A stretch of DNA of 64,000 nucleotides from contig BAAIJX010000001.1 in NCBI GenBank assembly GCA_054600435.1, forward strand, positions 868,001 to 932,000, in the 5' to 3' direction. Shown piece after piece: positions 56,093 through 64,000 of the stretch. Positions within the stretch are counted from its first letter, which is position 1, and every line of letters starts with the position of its first letter. The position numbers and the translations under genes are program-made. The notes beneath the pieces were generated by a model. It was not told the origin of the DNA and did not search any database. It saw only the letters and a list, made by a program, of their open reading frames with translations. This DNA is from Neophaeotheca triangularis (lineage: Eukaryota).

Positions 56093-57460
56093 ATGTTTAC
56101 CGCCAAACGCATCATATGGCCATTTCTAGGGCTCATTGTGGTAATAGCACTATCAACGCAGCTACTCTTCAACACGCGCGACCGACTCCGACACGTAGAA
56201 CAGCTGCTCCCACAACCACCCCCCGACAGCATCCACGCCGATGACAGAAGCAACAATGCAGGGAAACGACCCCCCAGCAAACACACCCAAACCTCCGACA
56301 CTTGGACCTACACTCCCTCGCGCGACGCCGACAACCCTGGCCTTACCTCCCACCAATGCACCCAAGCCTTCCCCTCCCTTTACAAAGAAATCGACCGCTC
56401 CGTCACGGCCTGGAGTCAAAACCGCAACCACACCATCCAGCCCGCCGACACTTCCGTCTCATGGCGTAACGACGCCGCCCTACGCCTCCTAATCCACAAC
56501 AACAAACTCCGCATCCTGCAAGCCAAGCATACACACGAAGGCTACCGCTCGCGCACACGAGCCACCCTATCGCAAATCAACCGCGCTCTGCAAGGCGCCA
56601 CTGTCGCTGGCTGGCGGTTGCCGACGATTGAGTTTAGTATCGTTGTCGACGATATGGCGCTCATACCCGCGCGCGACTATAAGAATCCGAATATCACGGT
56701 CTGGACGTACAACCGTAGGGATGTCGACTGGGAGCGTGATAGGCAGTGGGTTGTGCCTGATTTCAATTTCTGGCACACGCCCGCGGGAGGCGATTGGATA
56801 GACGCGGGAGACAAGGCCGCAGGGAAGGACGCGTACTTTGTGGACAAGATTCAGAAGGCGGTGTGGAGGGGTGCAGTGTGGACCCTGCCGGAGGTGCGGG
56901 AGAAGTTGATTACACAGACACGGAATAAGACGTGGGCGGATGTGGAGGAGGTGGATTGGAAGAAGGGGACTTATGTGATGAGGAGCGAGGATCTTTGTCG
57001 GTACGCTTTTGTCGTGCATACCGAGGGCAGGAGTTGGAGTGGGCGCTTGAAATATCTGTTGAATTGTGACTCGGTGCCGATTGTTCATGACTTGCGGTTT
57101 TTGACGCACTACTACCATCTCTTGGTACCGGAGGGGGAGGGACAGAATTACATTAAAGTGGAAAGGGATTTCTCGGATCTCGAAGAGAAAGTGCAGTACT
57201 ATCTCGACAGGCCTGAGGAAGCGCAGAGGATTGCGGATAACGCCGTCAGGGATTTCAGGGAGCGGGCTACGACTGTCGCCGCTGAAGCATGCTACTGGAG
57301 AAAGCTTTTTGAGGGCTGGAGTCGCGTTGCTTGGACACCGGACGCTACGGAGATGGTCACGGTGAATGTTACCGGGGAGGGCGGGGGCGAGGTTCAGGAG
57401 GAACGGCTGCGTGGGATGCCGTTTGGGGAGTTTCTTCTCAATGACGAAAACTACCCTTGA
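56093..57460 (+). CDS. Glycosyltransferase family 90 (CAP10/KDELC-like) type II membrane protein
   Basis: ATG 56093 followed by a TM anchor; QCTQAFPSLYKEI, WVVPDFNFW, KAVWRG, HTEGRSWSGRLKYLLNCDS, VERDFSDLEEK, AQRIADN, AEACYW. Confidence 0.88.
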   Translation: MFTAKRIIWPFLGLIVVIALSTQLLFNTRDRLRHVEQLLPQPPPDSIHADDRSNNAGKRPPSKHTQTSDTWTYTPSRDADNPGLTSHQCTQAFPSLYKEIDRSVTAWSQNRNHTIQPADTSVSWRNDAALRLLIHNNKLRILQAKHTHEGYRSRTRATLSQINRALQGATVAGWRLPTIEFSIVVDDMALIPARDYKNPNITVWTYNRRDVDWERDRQWVVPDFNFWHTPAGGDWIDAGDKAAGKDAYFVDKIQKAVWRGAVWTLPEVREKLITQTRNKTWADVEEVDWKKGTYVMRSEDLCRYAFVVHTEGRSWSGRLKYLLNCDSVPIVHDLRFLTHYYHLLVPEGEGQNYIKVERDFSDLEEKVQYYLDRPEEAQRIADNAVRDFRERATTVAAEACYWRKLFEGWSRVAWTPDATEMVTVNVTGEGGGEVQEERLRGMPFGEFLLNDENYP

Positions 57461-57814
57461 GTGGTTGGCTCTGCATGTTTGCCGGACACTTTTGAGATTT
57501 ATAAGGCTTGGTCGTGGCTGCACTTCGGCAATCACACACACACACACCATTGACTTCGATCCGGATGAAACATACCTACGCCCCTCACATTGCACGATCG
57601 AGGGCAATCTTATTGTAGAACGTGAGCAAATTGGTCGAACGAGAAGCTAGCGGGCTACAAAGAGAAGCATACTTGCCGGCCCCTGAGCAGGCATCACTCC
57701 CTTCAACCCACGAATGTTTAAAGAAGGACCCATGGGGCCGCTTGCTTCTGCAAGCCCAACAGCACGGAGACGCGGCGCCGAACATGAAGCGAGGAGCACA
57801 ACTGGAGGAGCAGA

Positions 57815-57960
57815 ACTGCAGGCGAACGTCTCGAGACCAACAGCGCGCGGCCTACATGGAAGCTCTGCGGTGTCTCCGCTCGGCTTCGTCGAAGAACATT
57901 CTGTACTAAAAGTCCTTGCTCTCTTGATTCGCGACATATCCCGGGAGCGTCCAACGCGGC
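57815..57960 (+). pseudogene. Possible short relic of a secreted tyrosinase/di-copper protein N-terminus
   Basis: RTSRDQQRAAYMEALRCLRSASSK followed, after stops, by YPGSVQR. This resembles the RTLSxxERxxYIxAVxCLxxxPSK..PG..SR motif of fungal tyrosinase-like proteins; no copper-binding His follow. Confidence 0.35.
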
Positions 57961-58107
57961 ACAGGCGCGCCCGAGAAGCAAGTGGGAACTCCGCAGCGTT
58001 GGTAGGACTGATGGGTCTCGACGAAATGGGAACTGCGTACATTAGTCCAGCCTACGCTCAACAAAGGCATCCAAATACTACCCCACCCCATTAACGTCTC
58101 GCAAACC

Positions 58108-60573
58108 CTACTCCTGCGCCGCTTTAATGACATCAGCAGCCTTCTCCGCCACTGCATAAACTGTCGAACTCGTATGACTTCCCGGAACCAAAGGCATCAC
58201 CGACGCATCCACGACCCGCAAGCCCCGCACGCCATAAACCCGCAACTGCGGGTCGACGACGCCGCCCAGCTCCCGTGGCAGCATCGAGTTCCCCGATGTC
58301 TGGTGCTGCCAGGTTCCGGACGCGAAACCGCGGATTGCCGACTGGATGTCGGTGTCGCTGGTGATGTTGGCGCCGGGGAGGCTTTCGGTCACGCCAAGTG
58401 TTTGCATAGGGGCCGAGGCGGCCCAGGCGCGGGTACGTTTCAGGGCTAAGATGGCGATGTCGAGGTCGGTCGGGTGGGTGAAGGTGCCTATGGTACAAGG
58501 GATTAGTTTTGCTTCGGGGGTATAACTGGAGGGCTTGAGGCTGGAAAGAAGGCAGTTACGCTCAAGGGGAGGAGAGACCTACCGTAGTCGAAAAGCGGCG
58601 GGTCTCGGATGTCGGTGCTGTTGATCATGACGGTACCGCAACTGAGGGGTTTCAGCATGGCGATGGGCACGTAGTCGGCCCCGGACCACACAACTTCCTG
58701 CACCGTGGCGTTTGGCGATTTGTAGAGCTCGGCGATCAGCTTGGCTTGGGCCTTGTAGCCGGCTAGGATACTCTCGTCGATTTCATCGGCTAGCAGCGTT
58801 GCCACGTCAAAGCTGTGGACGTCGTTGATGATGCGTTCGAACTCGGTCCGGTTGGTAGTGACGTCGGAGAGGGCGAGGAAAGCGGCGGTACTGCCGCTGT
58901 AGTAAGGGAGGGTCATTGGGCCTGCGTTGTGGGATGGGAGTGGTCAGAAAGCTGGGGTAAGAAGGGGAATACGAGGGACGTCTCACCCGTGCGGTTCGCG
59001 TTGTAGATCTCGACCTGTTCAGCGAGCCAGCTCCCGTTGGTTTCTACCCAGTCCGGTGTCGGGAACGGGTAATTTTCGCTTCGAACTATCAAGAATTCAG
59101 CCAAGGCGCTTTTGACAACAGTCTCCCCCTCGAAAGAAGGATAAGTTAGGGCACGCACATTCGAAGCCCATGTACATCGAGGGCTGGTCCTGAAAGTTCC
59201 TGCCGACACCCTCCAAAGCCTCCACGACGGGGATCTTCAGGCTTTCCAGCAGGGACACAGGTCCCACGCCAGAAAGTTGGAGGATCTGCGGGCTGATAAC
59301 GCCAGCGGCGAGGAGGACTTCTCTGCAAGCGCTCGCAGTGCTGGTCTCGTTGGTCTCCCGCGAGATGTACTGAGGATTGTATGCTTTGTCAATACCGAAT
59401 CACGCAACGAATGCCACACGGAAAGACTCACCTCGACCGAAGTGGCGACCTTGTTCTCGTCAAACTTGATCTTCGACACCGCCGAGCCGGTGACAATGTG
59501 GTAATTGTCTCGCAACCCTCCGACAAAGCGATAGTGCGCGTCCGCTGCCGAGGATCGCGACTGGTTGGCAGCATTGTAGTGCAAGGGCGAGTACAGAGCG
59601 CCGTTGGCGTTTCCGGCTTGCGGGTTCGACTGGTTGGCTAGGCCGATGCTGTTCCAGGCGCGGTAGAAGAAATCGAGCGCCGGATACTGGTAGTTGGCGA
59701 AACCGGAACCCACCTGTCATCCGTCAGCAGCGGGCTCCAGACGAGGTCATCTAGCCTTCAGCCGGATCTTACTCACCGGTCCCTCGGTACCGTGCGCTGA
59801 CAGGTCTTCCGGAAAGAGGCCTGGAAAACGTTCCGCAAGCTCAGGGCAGGGTGGAGTAAATGTTTCGCTCTGAGTTGCGGTTTCGATGTAAGTACAGTGC
59901 TACCGGGATGGGGGCGCCGAACCAACCTTCTTGAAATACGGCAGCAGGCCCTCCCACCCCCAACCAGGGTTGCCAAGTCTTTCCCAAGCATCATAGTCCC
60001 CAGCCGAGCCGCGAGTGAAGAACATGCCATTGACGACGGTGCCTTTTCAAGGGCAAAAGCAGGAGGTCAGCAAGCCTCGCTGGCGTGAAGCGAACGAGTA
60101 AAACGCAGAACGCTTCGACAAAGCTCCGCGAGAGGGGCTGCGTACTTACCGCCACCGACGACAGCTCCAGACAGCACGGGGCTGGTGCGGCCATTCAATT
60201 CGGCTTGGCGCACGCTCTCGTAGTTGCGAGAGTACTTGTCCGGCACAGGAATGCCCGGGATAAGCGTTGCTTCTTCTGGCTCGGCGCTAGGGAGAGTGTC
60301 AGTTTATGCGCTTCCGGACTTTCAGAAGCGGCAGGGGCGCTGGTACACATGTCCGTATTCGAGCACAAGAACGCTGATGTCGGGGTCTTCGCTTAGACGG
60401 TTGGCCACCGTCAGACCACTCGTCCCGCCGCCGACGATGACGTAGTCGTACAAAGGCTTCAGCGAAGCGGTCTCGTTGAAGACATGGGCGCGGGGAGCGA
60501 GGGAGGACGTGGGTGAAGTAAAGGCAACGGAGCCGCAGGCTAGGATGGCCACAAGTCGCGAGAGTTGTTGCAT
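58108..60573 (-). CDS. Secreted GMC oxidoreductase (AA3_2-like), 9 exons
   Basis: Exons 60573-60347, 60286-60150, 60042-59927, 59869-59777, 59713-59432, 59369-59159, 59085-58987, 58921-58583, 58487-58108; all phases join. Signal peptide, YDYVIVGGGTSGLTVANRLSE, VVGGGTVVNGMFFTRG, SPQILQLSGVG, GVGRNFQD, GVVDPQLRVYGVRGLRVVDAS, HTSSTVYAVAEKAAD. Confidence 0.92.
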
Positions 60574-61159
60574 GGTGAGGAATGGACTGTGAGATTGTAG
60601 AGGCGTTGGAGATGTGAAGCAGAAAGAAGAAGATGAAATGTAATCAATACCCATGTGTTCAAGCTTGAATTCCAAACTAAAGCCTTTGCATATCAGTCGG
60701 GCGTTTACAAGCCGACGCCAGAGCAGGGCCAGTCGAAGCAGCGTGCCACGACGTTGCTCGTCGGGGGCGGGCGCAGGTCTCTCTCGCTTTACGTCTAGCC
60801 TGCTGCAAGTGTTCCTTCGGCGTGCTAAGAAAGACATCGGCGAAGTGGAAATAGCAGGGAATATCAAACGAGTGACGATTAAGAATTAAAAGCAAATCGA
60901 GTCAGTAGTGGTATGGACGCCAGGATGGTGCGTGGTACCCTGCGTATGACGTCAACTTGTACATGGGTTCGCGAGTCGATAGACCTTATAGATTGCTCCA
61001 AGAAAATAGTGGCGTGGGCCATGAGCTAGCAAAGTTGGCGGACTTGGGCGAAATGGGGATGTCCATTGAGGCAGAAGCTAATGCTAAAGTAGAAAGGGTA
61101 TCGTATGCATCGCGAAAACGAAGGGACGCGAAACGCAGCAAGTAGACGGCCAACGGCAA

Positions 61160-62953
61160 CTACACCAGCACGTAGAGCGCGCACATCTGTCAAAAAGCAG
61201 AGTCAGCGACACAAACACATTTGAGAAGGATGAAAGCCGGGCTGGGAACCTACCATGCTCAGGCCCAGGATCATCGAGCACCAAAAGAGCACATTGTTCA
61301 GCAACTTGCGATCCCTGACCACCGGCAGCCGCTGCACCATGACAATTGGCATCTGCAACATCATAGCCACGAAGCCATAACCTCTGAACTTGCGTGTTAT
61401 ACAGCCCATGACCAGCTCGTGCGCCAAAGCGCTGATGAGAAAAGTGATGACGGTGGCAAAGGGACGGTTCATAGTGGATCGCGAGGCGCTGTAGACGTGG
61501 CGGCGGAAGAAGTGGTGGACGGGAATATTCCACTCGCGCGAGAACTCGAGCCAGTCGAGCGAGTTCCACCAGTCGGCGTAGAATTGGCGGTCGGCAAAAC
61601 GAGTGATTTCGGCGAAGGCGCCCAGGACGTATTCGAAGATTACAAGGAAGACTAGGAGGAAGGTTACCATAAAGGGGAAGAGCAGGCGCGAGACGGTTTC
61701 GGCGAAGATCAGGCCGTTGTCTTGCCAGGACCGAGTCGAGTGCAGGCGTTCGGCGGATTCATCGAGGACCGGGATGATAAATTCTTCGCTCGTGACGGTT
61801 AGGAGGAAGATGCAACCGAAGACCGCGAGGGTTTTGTAGAAGATTTCCATAGGAGAGCGGTGGGGGGTGCGGGGGTATTCGAGCTCGTAGCATAACGTGG
61901 GACAGAGGAGGTAGTCCCACATGTTGGCGGCTGTCAGGTTCTGAGGGTAGGTCACGCGGCCCATTGGGGAGGTGAGTTCCATGGCTAGGTCCTCGCGGAG
62001 CTGGGCGATTGGGGGGAGTTCATCTGACTCGTCTTCGTTTGATAAGTGGAACTCCGGGGCGTCTGGGTTAATCTCCTGTAAGCGGGTTTGCGAGGAAGGG
62101 TAGTGTAGGGCTGGGGTTGTCGGTGCCGAGGCCGCCATGGGATCGTCTAGCTCGTTGAGTCGGCTTAAAGTTGTCGCCAGGTGACCGTTATAGAAAGCGT
62201 ACGAGTGCATCTTCATAAACAGCGCGAGCAGATGCAGAGTGAAGAAGACTTGCGCAGTCCACGTCCAATCGCGAATAAAAGGCCAGCTGCACCAAAACGT
62301 CAGCCAGCCAGCCTGATAGAGGCTTTGCACGACGACACCACCCCTACTCCATGCCAGCATCTTGCTCTTCCTGTATAGTAAATGCAAAGGCAGACTCAAA
62401 GCGACACTGCCAGCCATCACAGCATCGCTCGCCGCCAGCTCATAGATGTTCTCGGTAAACAAAGGCCACTGCTTTATGTTGATGATCTTCCCCGTCTCCT
62501 TGAGGTTCCGCAAAGACGCCGTGATGGCCATGATGGCCAGCCCGATCCAGAATAAGACGAAGAAGCCCCTGAAATCGCCGTACGTGGAGTTGGGATCGAA
62601 GTGCGAGACGCGCGGGCTGTATTCAATTGATGGGAAGATGCGCCGCTTGTTCTTCTGGCGTAGTTCCCTGCGTGCTGCGGACGTTGCTTTGACGGACGGC
62701 GGCGCATCTTCAGGTGGTGCTGGCGTGCCTGGGCTGACCTTGCGTTAGTATCAAAAGCAGACCACATTCGCGGCACGTGTGCACAACCTTACCTTGAAGC
62801 TGGTACGCTTGCGGCACTGTTGGATGCGCCGGCCTGGGTGTCGTCCTGGTATGCTCGCGCGACATCCGGATTCATGGGTCTCCTGGCACGAGGCATGTGA
62901 ATGTTGCCGCTATAGCCATTGCCTTTGGCAATCTCTTTCTCCATGCTGGACAT
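61160..62953 (-). CDS. ARE2: Sterol O-acyltransferase (MBOAT, Are1/Are2-like)
   Basis: Exons 62953-62793, 62733-61254, 61186-61160. MKMHSYAFYN, PTLCYELEYPRT, AEITRFADRQFYADWWN, WNIPVHHF and catalytic His in SALAHE; ends SMMCALYVLV*. Confidence 0.93.
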
Positions 62954-63398
62954 GGTCTCTTCTTGAGTGCAGTTGGTGTTCGCGTTGCTTGGGAAAGTCT
63001 CGATCGATCAGAAGATCTTTGGCGTCGGCGCAATGGGTAAGTCTTCTTCTTAGGGCGAAGAGCAGCGACGTAGGTTTTCCATACCAAGAGACAGGAGGTG
63101 GACGGCTTCTTCTGATCGGAGTACGGCGGGAAAATGAAGGCTTGTGACCAAAGTGAAGGTCCAAAAGACCGAGCCTTACAAAAACACGCGACTTGCGACA
63201 CTTGCGACCTCGCGAGGTTCGCGCTTTCTCGGATGACGTCGGATCCTAATAAGATGCGACAACTTGACTTGGAAGGTTTCCAAGGTTGAAACTAGCGACA
63301 TGTTTCATCTTTAATTTCATGGCCTCAGGCATCTCTAAAATCGAAGCAAAGTAGTCCTCCTATAAGCGCCTTGAGGCCATCCCGAATCTAACACGACC

Positions 63399-64000
63399 CT
63401 ATCGCTCGTCTTCGCTCAACTCCAAAGCCCTCCTTCGCCTTCTCAACCAACTGATCGTCGGCGGGTTCACTATCTCATTGAACACTGCAGTCCCCCACAC
63501 AAGGAGGGCGAAACCGACAACCTGCAGCCATTTGAAAGTTTCCCAGCCTAGACCCAGCGAGACAATCCAGATGAACAGTGTTCGACACGTGTCGATTGTG
63601 CTACGCGATGTCGCCGAGATGCTGCGTGTTACGGAGAGGCCAAAAAAGTTGAAGCCACTGTAAAGTCGCTGTCAGTAATGTCAACGCAACAAAACCAGAT
63701 TGATCGAATGACACTCACCCAATCGACACCATAATCAACAAAGAAGTCACGGCGATGGCTCGGTTGTGGAAGACTTGTGAAAAGCCCTCTCGTGCGTCGA
63801 AGATGCCACCTCTGCCCGAATCAGTGCTCCCCTTAACACCATGCAAGATTCCGATGCCAAGCAGCGTCACCAAGAATCCAAATACACCTTCCCACCCAAC
63901 GACCTGTATGGGATCCATGCTGTACTTCTCCATAATGCTCTCCTCGAGCACAAACTGCGTGGCCGTGAAGATTTGCGCTCCAGCGATGAGGAAAACACCC
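63399..64000 (-). CDS. SLC35F6-like nucleotide-sugar transporter family membrane protein (5' part outside the window)
   Basis: Exons >64000-63719 and 63657-63399 (intron 63718-63658): AQIFTATQFVLEE, VVGWEGVFG, GFNFFGLSVTRSISATSRSTIDTCRTLFIWIVSLGLGWE. Confidence 0.88.

Noticed and set aside
56567..57607. 346-aa antisense ORF over GT90, and similar shadow ORFs over CDC25, HEM3, CLB3 and PIF1
   Set aside because: They overlap well-supported genes on the opposite strand and have no motifs of their own.
58488..60346. GMC introns as introner-like elements or stwintrons
   Set aside because: The introns I compared share no obvious similarity and show no nested splice sites.
1..64000. Transposons, RIP-degraded AT-rich blocks, tRNA/rRNA genes, CRISPR arrays, stop-codon readthrough to a PTS1
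   Set aside because: None seen by eye: no transposase/RT motifs, long terminal repeats, cloverleafs, spaced repeats or TGA-CTA readthrough contexts at the stops checked.

Overview
A 64-kb piece of a eukaryotic nuclear genome from a filamentous ascomycete. The evidence is short GT-AG introns with CTRAC branch sites and a DHN-melanin 4HNR reductase; a Dothideomycete is likely, but that is inference. I reconstructed 23 intact or edge-truncated protein-coding genes by hand. Many are spliced, so the ORF track splits or misses them (LSM3, the 9-exon GMC oxidoreductase, the two edge genes). In order: C2H2/fungal TF (partial), Ras-GEF Cdc25, GH16, Pro-rich orphan, GH43, class III-like eIF4E, HEM3, Zn2Cys6 TF, B-type cyclin, 4HNR, transglutaminase-like protease, LSM3, AEP2/ATP13, PIF1, BTB protein, repeat-bearing GPI cell-wall protein, C2H2 protein, sulfotransferase-like P-loop protein, GT90, GMC oxidoreductase, sterol O-acyltransferase and an SLC35F-like transporter (partial). 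There are also two probable gene relics. I found no rRNA, tRNA, CRISPR array or transposon, and no clearly novel multi-gene system. The most interesting unexplained signals are a sharp C-rich to G-rich strand-skew flip in the 3' part of most genes, a recurring (TAGG)n/(CCTA)n motif in intergenic DNA, a probable dual-start PIF1, a Mad1-like SID motif in an uncharacterised C2H2 protein, and candidate uORFs in front of two transcription factors.
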